Positions 38,686-47,071 of a stretch of 64,000 nucleotides of DNA are shown here, in pieces. Position 1 is the first letter of the stretch. The number at the start of each line of letters is the position of its first letter. Position numbers and translations under genes: made by a program. Source of the DNA: Myxococcota bacterium (GTDB lineage: Bacteria > Myxococcota_A > SURF-8 > G963663525); assembly GCA_963676915.2 (NCBI GenBank), contig CAXXVK010000043.1, positions 32,001 to 96,000 of the forward strand. Reading direction: 5' to 3'. The notes under the pieces are model-generated. The model made no database searches. It was given only the letters and a program-made list of their open reading frames with translations, and was not told where the DNA came from.

Positions 38686-39345
38686 CTAGTCACCACTTCT
38701 GACGCATGTGACGCAAGTTGCATCGTAATATCCTTCACCCCACCAGTAATCGATCACAGCATTATGTGGTTGGATGTACAAATAATGTTTGCCAAATTGA
38801 TCGTCCGTATCCGTCATTTGGGTGGAAGACCAGAAAAGGATGCAGTAATAATTTTCGAATTCTTCTGGGACGTAGTAATTATATCCGTTTTCATCTTCGT
38901 AGTAAGGCCCTTCATTGCCCTCGCATCCATTGCAAGGGGAATTTTCTCCCAATTCTTCTTCCCAGCAACTTACCGTTGTGCAGTTGTTGCTCATCTTGCA
39001 TGATCCACCCGTTTTCGTGTTGTCACAACCTTTGATCAAAGTTCTTAGCTGGTCGATGGTCGGTAATGACCAATCCGAAAAACCGTAAGCTTCAGAATTT
39101 TCACAATAATCGTTTGCATGTTCCCAGCTTAGCCAATGCCCCATTTCGAGTGACCAGACAATTTGTGTGTTTGGATCTGTATAAGGGCCACTGTTTGAAG
39201 GAGCTTTCTCCTCACGATTTTCAATTGGAATATGGCTGTTGCAGTTGTCGCAATCACAGTCGTCGTTGCCACCGCAGCCAGTTGCAAAGAGGAAGATAGT
39301 CACAAGCACCAAAAGCGTGTTGGGTGTGGAAGAATTGATTCTCAT
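38686..39345 (-). CDS. DUF1566 (Lcl C-terminal, C-type-lectin-like) lipoprotein
   Basis: Lipobox FATG-C; TDPNTQIVW...WEHANDYC...GFSDWSLPTIDQL, FWSS and C-terminal VTCVR; RBS AAGGAG before ATG 39345. Confidence 0.8.
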   Translation of the reverse strand: MRINSSTPNTLLVLVTIFLFATGCGGNDDCDCDNCNSHIPIENREEKAPSNSGPYTDPNTQIVWSLEMGHWLSWEHANDYCENSEAYGFSDWSLPTIDQLRTLIKGCDNTKTGGSCKMSNNCTTVSCWEEELGENSPCNGCEGNEGPYYEDENGYNYYVPEEFENYYCILFWSSTQMTDTDDQFGKHYLYIQPHNAVIDYWWGEGYYDATCVTCVRSGD

Positions 39346-39618
39346 AAAAATCTCCTTAATTTTTGCAATGGAATTAACTCCAACGAAAAAAGACGAGTAG
39401 TTCCCTCGAAGAATTATCACCGATTCCTTTATTATAACAGAAAGTCAATTATTTCCAGAATATACAAAAAGCATCCGACAAAATCGCTAATGACTGTTTA
39501 TGTAAACACGAACTGGATATAAAAAGTAGTCTATATTTTCGGCTATTGAAAAAACGTGGGAACTTGTTACAATCTTGGTCAGTCGAATGTTTTTACTCCC
39601 TGTCAGAAAGGATCGATG

Positions 39619-40611
39619 ATGGCCATTTTATTGTCGAAAAGCGATGTTGCCAAACTGTTGGATATGCCGGATGTGATTGAAATCATGGCCAAAGCCTTTG
39701 CCGATCTATCCAACGGCGATGCCGAATTGCCGCAACGGACCCCGATCGTCGTGCCCAAGGAAGAAGGCTTGGCGCTATTCATGCCCGCCTATCTTAAAGG
39801 TATGGGTGCCCTGGGAGCGAAAATCGTGACCGTGTTCAAGAACAATCCGGCTCGCTATCAAATGCCGAACGTGATGGGAACCATTCTGCTCAACGACGAA
39901 AGCACCGGTAAGCCGATCGCTCTAATGGACGGTGGATTCTTGACCGCTATTCGTACAGGTGCCGTTGCCGGTTTGGCGACGAAACTGCTGGCTCGTGAAG
40001 ATGCGAAAATCCATACGGTTTTCGGAACCGGAGGCATGGCGCGTTCGCAAATCTGGGCCGTACAGAGCGCTCGAAACATCGAGACGCTGGTGCTGTATTC
40101 CCAAGATCCGAAAGAAAAAATCGAGGCATTTCGGGATTCTATCCGAGATAACGTGGATACCGAAATCGTCATCGCCGACGATCCGGTCCAGGCCATCGGA
40201 CAGGCGGATGTTCTGACCCTTATCACCAGTGCGAAAGATCCGATTCTCGACGGCGATTGGATCAAGCCCGGAACCCATGTCAATGGTATCGGTTCCCATG
40301 CCCCGGCGATGCGTGAACTCGACGCGAAAACCATTCAGCGCTCGAAAGTCGTTTGCGATCTCGTCGATGCCTGCAAGGCGGAGGCGGGGGATTTCATTAT
40401 TCCGGTCGAAGCGGGAGAATGGGACTGGTCGAAGGCGCACGGTTCGTTGGGAGACGTGGTGACGGGTAAAATTGCGGCTCGTGAAAATGCCGAAGAAATA
40501 ACGCTATTCAAGAGCGTCGGATTGGCCGTGCAGGATATTTCCACGGCGTACTATGTCTATGAAAAAGCGAAGCAAACCGGTACGGGAACGGAGTTTGATT
40601 TCGCCGGATAG
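39619..40611 (+). CDS. Ornithine cyclodeaminase/mu-crystallin family protein (AlaDH-like)
   Basis: LFMPAY, GAKIVTVF, LTAIRTGA, GTGGMA, GTHVNGIGS, FKSVGLAVQD. Confidence 0.9.
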   Translation: MAILLSKSDVAKLLDMPDVIEIMAKAFADLSNGDAELPQRTPIVVPKEEGLALFMPAYLKGMGALGAKIVTVFKNNPARYQMPNVMGTILLNDESTGKPIALMDGGFLTAIRTGAVAGLATKLLAREDAKIHTVFGTGGMARSQIWAVQSARNIETLVLYSQDPKEKIEAFRDSIRDNVDTEIVIADDPVQAIGQADVLTLITSAKDPILDGDWIKPGTHVNGIGSHAPAMRELDAKTIQRSKVVCDLVDACKAEAGDFIIPVEAGEWDWSKAHGSLGDVVTGKIAARENAEEITLFKSVGLAVQDISTAYYVYEKAKQTGTGTEFDFAG

Positions 40612-40617
40612 CCTTTC

Positions 40618-40663
40618 GTTTCCCTCGGTTCACGAATGGTCTATCCGTGAACCGAGAGGAAAC
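40618..40663. terminator. Long hairpin between convergent OCD and slyD genes
   Basis: GTTTCCCTCGGTTCACG ... CGTGAACCGAGAGGAAAC inverted repeat; no canonical U-tail. Confidence 0.55.
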
Positions 40664-40671
40664 AAAAAAAA

Positions 40672-41100
40672 TCAGTCGATTTTCACCAGTTCCAATTCAA
40701 AATTAAGGTTTTTCCCGGCTAAGGGATGGTTGGCATCCATTACCAGATAGTCGTCGTGGACTTCGGTGATGACCACCGGCATGCTCTGCTCGGGATTCGG
40801 ACCCATCTGCAATTGCAGTCCGACTTCGGGTTGGATGTGGGGCGGCATCTGCTTGCGCTCCACTTTAACCACCATTTCTTTATTGTGCTCGCCGTAGGCT
40901 TCCTCTACGGGAATGTGCACGGTTTTCTTGTCGCCGATTTCCATTCCTTCCACAGCGTTTTCGAAGCCGGGAATCACCATGGATTTTCCCAGCTCGAATT
41001 CCAAAGGTTCACGCCCCTTGGAGGAGTCGAAAATCGTTCCGTCATCGAGGGTTCCGGTGTAATGAACGTGCACGACATTTCCTGTTTTTGCACAAGACAT
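40672..41100 (-). CDS. slyD: FKBP-type peptidyl-prolyl isomerase (SlyD/FkpB-like, no His-rich tail)
   Basis: VHYTGTLDDGTIFDSS, IPGFE, EEAYG, DANHPLAGKNLNF. Confidence 0.88.
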   Translation of the reverse strand: MSCAKTGNVVHVHYTGTLDDGTIFDSSKGREPLEFELGKSMVIPGFENAVEGMEIGDKKTVHIPVEEAYGEHNKEMVVKVERKQMPPHIQPEVGLQLQMGPNPEQSMPVVITEVHDDYLVMDANHPLAGKNLNFELELVKID

Positions 41101-41125
41101 AGCATTCCTTTCGTTTCGTGAATGT

Positions 41126-41157
41126 AAAAAAAGCCCACGGGAAAGCTCCCGTGGGCT
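41126..41157 (-). terminator. Rho-independent terminator of the Cys-rich lipoprotein gene
   Basis: Minus strand AGCCCACGGGA-GCTT-TCCCGTGGGCT followed by a T-run. Confidence 0.9.
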
Positions 41158-41200
41158 GTGGGTTCGGTTCGAACGTTCGATCAGTCCGACAGCTTGGTCA

Positions 41201-43582
41201 TTAATCGACGGCCTGGTCGGTGTAGTAAGGAGTCGTGGTGCACCAGCAGCCCAGTTCGGTGGGCAGCCAGGTCATCGGCTCGCCGGTGTCACAGGCGTTC
41301 TGATCGTTGCAAGGCGCGATGCAGAAGGACACCATGCACATACCGTAATCGGTATCGCAGTAGCCGTTGGCTCCGCCACCATCGTTCGGCCAGGTGCCCT
41401 GGCAGGCGGTGCTTTCGGTGCAGGTCTGGTAGTCGCCGTCGTCGAGCAGGTTCAGCTCGGCGCATTGCATACCCGTAGCGCAGGCCGGGATCGTGTCGTC
41501 ACCGTAGGCGCATTGGGCACCCAAAGCGGCGGTTCCGGCGGGAGCGGCCAGCCCGGAGTCGCTAGGCAGGCAGTAGCAGGCTTCGGTACCCATCAGGTGG
41601 CCCTGACCGGCTTCGCAGGTACCCAGACCGTTGCAGAAGTCCACGCAAGCGGAGTAGGCGCAGAAACCATCGGTTCCGCCATCGGGAATGTTGCATTTGC
41701 TGTTGGCGCCGTAAGCGGTGACGCATTCGGCGTCGGCGGTGCAGGCGGTTTCCGTGGCGGCTTTACCGGCACAGATCAGGCTGTCGGCGCAGAATTCGCC
41801 GTCCCACAGGCCGTTGGCATCGTACATGCCGAGCTGGCAGGTTTCGCCGAGCTGCTTGGTTCCGTCGGGAACATCGGCCATCGGGTAGGGAGCGCAGAAG
41901 CAGCTACCGGAGATGGTGATCGGCCATTGACCGGCTTCTTCGCAGGCGTCGTTGACGCATTCGCTGACGCAGTAGCTGCCGCGGCAGGTGCCGTCGAAGC
42001 AAATGGCGCCGGGAATGTTGGTGTTTTCGATGCACGCCGCATCGTCGAGGCAAGGAAGCGTTTCGGCGACGGTGGAATGGATGCAGGAGCCATCTTCATT
42101 ACAGAACATGTCGTCGTAGGCTGCGTCATACGTGTACTTACAGGCTTCACCGACTCCCTGTTCGCCAACGGGGGTTCCGAAGGGCCAGGGGGCGCACCAG
42201 CAGGTGGTGGGCATGGAAGTGTCAGAGTATCCGATGTCATAGGTGGACTCTCCGTTCGGGCCGGTGATGGCGGAGCAGTCGCAGTTGTCTTCAGCGTCCA
42301 GCGTGGCGCGGGTGGTGCAGAAGGACAGGCGGCAGTAGCCGTCCAGGCAGACGGAGTTCGGACCGAGCATACTTACGCAATCTTCGTCGGCGCTTGCATC
42401 GGTATCGTCGCAGGCCAGTTCTGCCATCTCGCGGTAGGACAAGCAGTCGGCGCCTTCTTCACACCACTGGTTTTCGAAGTAGGTGGTGGTTCCGGAGTCG
42501 AATTCGCAGACTTCACCAGGCTTCTGGTCGCCGGTGCACTGGAAGTAGTTGGGGCTGCAGAAGCAAACCGTTCCGCCCTGGCCATCGCCGATTTCGCCCT
42601 TGCACAGTCCTTCGGGGCAGGTGTCATCGGTGTTACAGGGAGAGGCACAGAAAGCCATCGCGCAGTAGCCGCCGACGGACCAGTCGCAGTAGCCGTTTTC
42701 GCCATAGCCTTTTTCCATGCAATCTTCATTGGTGTTGCATTTGGAATCGGCGTCGGTTGCGTCGGCGGTAATTCCCAAGCATTCAGCTCCGGCTTCGCAG
42801 GAACGTCCCGGCCATACGGTAGCGCTACCCATAGGACCGAAAGCGCAGGGGCCACCCGCAGGATTGGGTTCGTGAGCGTCACAGTTGTCACCGGTGTCGG
42901 TGGGGCACTGTTTGCCACTCATGAGAGTGCACAGGCCGCCGATGCATTCGAAGCCGCCACCACAGTCGGTGTCTTCGGTGCAGGTTGCGGTGCAGATGCC
43001 GTACTCGCCGTTCTGCCAGACACATTCATCGGTGCCGCTGCAGGGGTCGCTTTCGTGGCAGCATTCGCAAGCGATGTCTTCGCAGGTAGGGTTCGAAGCA
43101 TCGGTAAGATCGCAGAACTGGAAGGCGTTGCAGGCCGGGTTGCAATCAACACCTTCACCGTCATCATCGGGGTCTTCATTACAACTATTATAACCATCCT
43201 GGCATTGTTTACCCGGAGCCAACGCACATTCACCGGCGCTGCATACAAAGCCGCCAGCGCAGTCGCCATCATCCTGGCACAGTCCGACGCACATTCCGTT
43301 GACACAAGACGTGTTGTCACCGCAAGGGAAGTCTTCGGCACAGCACTCACAAACAATGTTCTGACAGGTTTCGTTTGCGTCGCAGTACTGGTTGGTCAGG
43401 CAGCTATCGCAGGGTGAGACAGGGCTGTCGTTGTTGGAGTCGTCATCCGGATTTACGTTGCTATCCGTATCTCCATCGTTGTTGTTGTTATTGTCGTCGT
43501 TGCTGTCATCGGAAGATAGACAAGCTTGCATGGTAAACGTCAGACAAAACAACAGTAAAAATGCCAAGAATTTCCTCTTCAT
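41201..43582 (-). CDS. Cys-rich repeat lipoprotein (793 aa)
   Basis: CAGGAGG RBS before ATG 43582; MKRKFL...MQA-C lipobox; Asp/Asn linker; two CECC-type repeats, then five roughly 105-aa repeats ending C[FWY]C. Confidence 0.85.
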   Translation of the reverse strand: MKRKFLAFLLLFCLTFTMQACLSSDDSNDDNNNNNDGDTDSNVNPDDDSNNDSPVSPCDSCLTNQYCDANETCQNIVCECCAEDFPCGDNTSCVNGMCVGLCQDDGDCAGGFVCSAGECALAPGKQCQDGYNSCNEDPDDDGEGVDCNPACNAFQFCDLTDASNPTCEDIACECCHESDPCSGTDECVWQNGEYGICTATCTEDTDCGGGFECIGGLCTLMSGKQCPTDTGDNCDAHEPNPAGGPCAFGPMGSATVWPGRSCEAGAECLGITADATDADSKCNTNEDCMEKGYGENGYCDWSVGGYCAMAFCASPCNTDDTCPEGLCKGEIGDGQGGTVCFCSPNYFQCTGDQKPGEVCEFDSGTTTYFENQWCEEGADCLSYREMAELACDDTDASADEDCVSMLGPNSVCLDGYCRLSFCTTRATLDAEDNCDCSAITGPNGESTYDIGYSDTSMPTTCWCAPWPFGTPVGEQGVGEACKYTYDAAYDDMFCNEDGSCIHSTVAETLPCLDDAACIENTNIPGAICFDGTCRGSYCVSECVNDACEEAGQWPITISGSCFCAPYPMADVPDGTKQLGETCQLGMYDANGLWDGEFCADSLICAGKAATETACTADAECVTAYGANSKCNIPDGGTDGFCAYSACVDFCNGLGTCEAGQGHLMGTEACYCLPSDSGLAAPAGTAALGAQCAYGDDTIPACATGMQCAELNLLDDGDYQTCTESTACQGTWPNDGGGANGYCDTDYGMCMVSFCIAPCNDQNACDTGEPMTWLPTELGCWCTTTPYYTDQAVD

Positions 43583-43791
43583 TCCGTTTCCTCCTGTGTC
43601 TAGGTAAATCATTCCCGTCGGGCTGTCCTTCGGGATATCCATCGTCGTGAAAAACAGACGGAGATTAGCTTTCCCATTAAACCAAGTCAAGAAATTGGTG
43701 AAATTTCAATGAATTAATGCGTATAACGAACGCCTTGTCCCATACTGGGAAAAGGGATCGAAACGTGGGCGCGTGGCGAGAATAAAAAACC

Positions 43792-43870
43792 TTGACTCCC
43801 TGACTCAACATCAACATGCTAAAGATTGTTGGAATAACTGTCAAGTCAAATCGGTCTATACGTTATAGAC
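43792..43870. promoter_or_regulatory. Overlapping divergent sigma70-like promoters plus an operator-like palindrome
   Basis: Minus strand TTGACA(43844)-17-TAGCAT; plus strand TTGACT(43792)-17-CATGCT; GTCTATA-CGT-TATAGAC at 43854-43870. Confidence 0.45.
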
Positions 43871-44070
43871 GGTTTGGCTCGAAGGAACGATTCGAGCGTT
43901 TGACGTTGGAAAAACCGAGAAGTTGCCTTTGCTTTCGAATCTGAAGCGAAACGACAAAGACTCGTTGCTTAAGTCGTTGAAATCAGAGATGAAACGGTTT
44001 TTCTGATGGAGAAAATTGTTGAAGGGTAGCTTTCCAAGGAAAGACATTAGTAGCTAAAGGAGATATCCAG

Positions 44071-44559
44071 ATGAGTCGTAAATCCCTGTTGATTCTTGCT
44101 TTTGTGATGGTATGTGCGGTGGCGCTTTTTGCGGTTTCCGCCGGGGAAAGTGTCGCACAGCCTGCCGCGCCTTCCGACGATGCCGGTGTTTCGGACGACC
44201 CCTACGATGAAAAAGAAGGTGGAATCGACTACGAAGAAGAGGAAAAACCCATCGAATTGACCAAGGGAGAAATTCTCAAGGTCATCAACGGGCGCAACGG
44301 TATCAAAGCCTGCTACGAAAAAGAACTACAGACCGATCACAGTCTCAAGGGGCGCGTGGTGGTCAATTTCACCATCGAAGTGAATGGCACCGTTACCGGA
44401 GCGAAGGCCGTTCGTCGTGCGACCAAAATGAAAAACAAGAAAGTCGTCGATTGCGTAGTGGAGCAAGTGGCTTTGTTGCGCTTCCCGGAACGCGTGAAGG
44501 GACCGCGTCAGGAAATCAATTTCCCCTTCAAGTTCGAGCCGGAAAAAGAAAAGAAATAA
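44071..44559 (+). CDS. Exported AgmX/PglI C-terminal (TonB_C-like) domain protein
   Basis: IKACYEKEL...LKGRVVVNFTI...G.V...DCV...LRFP...INFPF.F pattern; N-terminal signal. Confidence 0.8.
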   Translation: MSRKSLLILAFVMVCAVALFAVSAGESVAQPAAPSDDAGVSDDPYDEKEGGIDYEEEEKPIELTKGEILKVINGRNGIKACYEKELQTDHSLKGRVVVNFTIEVNGTVTGAKAVRRATKMKNKKVVDCVVEQVALLRFPERVKGPRQEINFPFKFEPEKEKK

Positions 44560-44640
44560 TTTCAATACGATACATCTTTCCGTCGGGAATTCGACTCCGA
44601 CGGAAAGAGAAAAATCGCCAGTCGGGGAAGGAGCGAGAGC

Positions 44641-45147
44641 ATGGGAACGCGATGGGTACTCGGGTTGTTCCTCGGGATGGTGATTGCCTTGGCGGCGTGT
44701 TCCAGCCGGGAAGAAGCTCCGGCGACAAAGGCACGTCGTCCCCTTTCCATCGATCCTGCCTCGTTTGCCGCCAAAACTCCGAAAGCTTCGAAAAAAGCGG
44801 TCGATCCTGCGAAAAAGTGGCTCGAATTCGATCCGAAGGCGCTGAAAATGTCGTCGGGACTCGATCCTGAAGTCTTTCGTCGGGTAGTCAACAAACGAAA
44901 CAGTACACTAAAGGTGTGTTATCGTCAGGCTCTGGCGGACAATCCAGCCGCTTCCGGCGATATCAGGCTGAAGATCGACATCACCCCCACGGGGCGGGTA
45001 TCGTCTGCCGAAGTGCTTGAAAACACTCTTGGTCATCAGGGCGCGACCGATTGCCTGCTGCGTACCGTTCGACGTCTGCGTTTCCCCATGCCCGAAGGAA
45101 AAGCTCTAAAGGTAGAGATCGAATATCCTTTCCATTTCGTTCCATAA
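44641..45147 (+). CDS. Lipoprotein with AgmX/PglI C-terminal domain
   Basis: Lipobox LAA-C; LKVCYRQAL...GDIRL...GRVSSA...DCL...LRFP...YPF.F. Confidence 0.8.
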   Translation: MGTRWVLGLFLGMVIALAACSSREEAPATKARRPLSIDPASFAAKTPKASKKAVDPAKKWLEFDPKALKMSSGLDPEVFRRVVNKRNSTLKVCYRQALADNPAASGDIRLKIDITPTGRVSSAEVLENTLGHQGATDCLLRTVRRLRFPMPEGKALKVEIEYPFHFVP

Positions 45148-45160
45148 AGGAGAGACGGCG

Positions 45161-46570
45161 ATGTGGCGTAACTTATTGCTATGGCTGCCGTTGCTCCTGA
45201 TCTTTCCGGCAAGCGCGCAGGCGGCCAAAAATTCGATTTACCTGTTTCCCGTTCAGGTGGTTGGCGGAAGCGGCAACGAAGGAGCCTTGGAATACGCCGA
45301 CAACATGTGCAAAGAGGAAATGGCGGCGTACATCTGGCTCGATGTGGCTCACAAAGACAATCTCATCGAAAAATATGGGGAATCCGCCCGAAAACTGCTG
45401 GAATGTTCGAGCGTCCAATGCGCCAAGCCGTACCTGAGTCGTTTGGCGATCAAGCGGGCGGTGCGTATCGAGGCGAAACCGACGAAAAAGGGTATCGAGG
45501 TTGAAGGAAAAATCCTCGCAGCCTCGGGAGCGGAACTCCACAAAGTCAAAAAACTTGAACGTGGTGGCGTTTCGGATATGCCGTACATGATGATCGGTAT
45601 CATTGAAAAGCTATTCAAGGCCGAATTCAATAAATACGGAAAATCTCTGACCCGTGTGCTGGATATGGACACCACGGTAACTTCCGACGATGCCGACCGT
45701 TTTCTGTCCTTGGGGGATGAATCTCTGGATGCCGGGATGTTCGACATTGCTGTGGAGCACTACCAGGAAGCGTTGAAAAGCAATAGTGGATTGGTGGCGG
45801 CGCATATCGGTATGGGAAGGGCGCTTTTGGCGCTCGATAAACCCGGAGAAGCGCTGCTTTGCGTGAACAAAGCCCGTCATTTCGATAAGAAACTGGCGTG
45901 GGCTTCGTTGCTGGAAGCCCAGATTCATTTGGTTCGCGGCCAAGCCGTCAAGGCGATTTCCTCGGCACGAAAAGCCATTTCTCAGTCTCCCCGGTGGATC
46001 GATGCCCACCGGTTTTTAGGGCAAGCGCTGGTTGCCGAAGGACGTTTCGATGAGGCAAAGCAAGCTCTTGAAAAAGCTAAGGAAATCGATCCAGAGGACG
46101 TACGGACTCAAGAAATGCTCGCGCAGTTGAGCTCTCCTGCCGACGCTTCGGAGGGGGGGGCTTCGGGAGGTTCTGATCTGCCCAATGATCCCGAAACGCT
46201 GGTCAATCTGGCCAAGGGATTCGAGAAGAAAAAAGAATGGAAGAAGGCCGAGGATGTGTACGCCTATCTCGTAACCCTGATGGATCGCTGTGCCCCATGT
46301 TGGTACAATCTGGGCTTTGTGCGAGAAGAAGACAAGAATTTCGAAGGAGCGCTGGAAGCCTACGAGAAGGCGGTGGAATACGACCCCGAACTTCCCGATG
46401 CATTGTTCGCGGCGGGAATGGCGGCCTGGAACCTGAAAGATCTGCGGACGGCCGAAGATTACCTCGTGGATTATGTCGAAAAAGAAAAACGGAATCAAAA
46501 CAAGGATTTGATTCAAACGGCAACCAATATACTAAAGAAAATTCAAAGCGAAGAACCATCCGATCTGTAG
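45161..46570 (+). CDS. Secreted tetratricopeptide-repeat protein
   Basis: Signal peptide AQA|AK; multiple TPRs (AVEHYQEAL, AHRFLGQAL, WYNLG, YEKAVEYDP). Confidence 0.85.
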   Translation: MWRNLLLWLPLLLIFPASAQAAKNSIYLFPVQVVGGSGNEGALEYADNMCKEEMAAYIWLDVAHKDNLIEKYGESARKLLECSSVQCAKPYLSRLAIKRAVRIEAKPTKKGIEVEGKILAASGAELHKVKKLERGGVSDMPYMMIGIIEKLFKAEFNKYGKSLTRVLDMDTTVTSDDADRFLSLGDESLDAGMFDIAVEHYQEALKSNSGLVAAHIGMGRALLALDKPGEALLCVNKARHFDKKLAWASLLEAQIHLVRGQAVKAISSARKAISQSPRWIDAHRFLGQALVAEGRFDEAKQALEKAKEIDPEDVRTQEMLAQLSSPADASEGGASGGSDLPNDPETLVNLAKGFEKKKEWKKAEDVYAYLVTLMDRCAPCWYNLGFVREEDKNFEGALEAYEKAVEYDPELPDALFAAGMAAWNLKDLRTAEDYLVDYVEKEKRNQNKDLIQTATNILKKIQSEEPSDL

Positions 46571-46582
46571 CCAACTTCGGAA

Positions 46583-47071
46583 GTGAGTGATATTATGGAG
46601 CTTTCTCCAGCCCAACGTGACGCCGTAACGATTCTTTTGGAAGACCTCTGGCAGGAACTGGGAACCAAAATTCGTCGGAAAACCCGTTTGTTGACTGATG
46701 ATTCCCTTCAGCTTTCCAGTCTTTCCGCACGTCGTCTGGTGGAAAAATCCCTGGAAGAAGACTTGTTGCGAACGGGAGAAAACGTCAACGGTCCGATGAC
46801 CTCTTGGGAGGTGTATGAAGTGTTCCGGGGGCGTTTGTTGGGTGCCAGACCGATTCAGACCGCCGAAGACGTGTATTATCTGAGTTGGCCGGTTACGGAA
46901 ATCGCCGAGTTGGAAAAGCGGATGATGACGATTCATTCCTACGCCCACCGTCTCAAGCATGGCGGTCTCGAAGCCCTCACCGGCGAACTTCCCGGCGTGA
47001 TGGCGATCATGCTGCGTGTCGCCGAAATCTGCTATGCCCTGCGTGAGAAGTGGAAAAAGAAAATAGCATGA
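46583..47071 (+). CDS. Hypothetical protein, translationally coupled to the helicase gene
   Basis: Fills the gap in the operon; TGA overlaps ATG 47068. Confidence 0.65.
   Translation: MSDIMELSPAQRDAVTILLEDLWQELGTKIRRKTRLLTDDSLQLSSLSARRLVEKSLEEDLLRTGENVNGPMTSWEVYEVFRGRLLGARPIQTAEDVYYLSWPVTEIAELEKRMMTIHSYAHRLKHGGLEALTGELPGVMAIMLRVAEICYALREKWKKKIA

Noticed and set aside
41465-43417. 650-aa plus-strand Ala/Val/Gly-rich ORF
   Set aside because: Antisense shadow of the Cys-rich lipoprotein, which has the RBS, lipobox and terminator.
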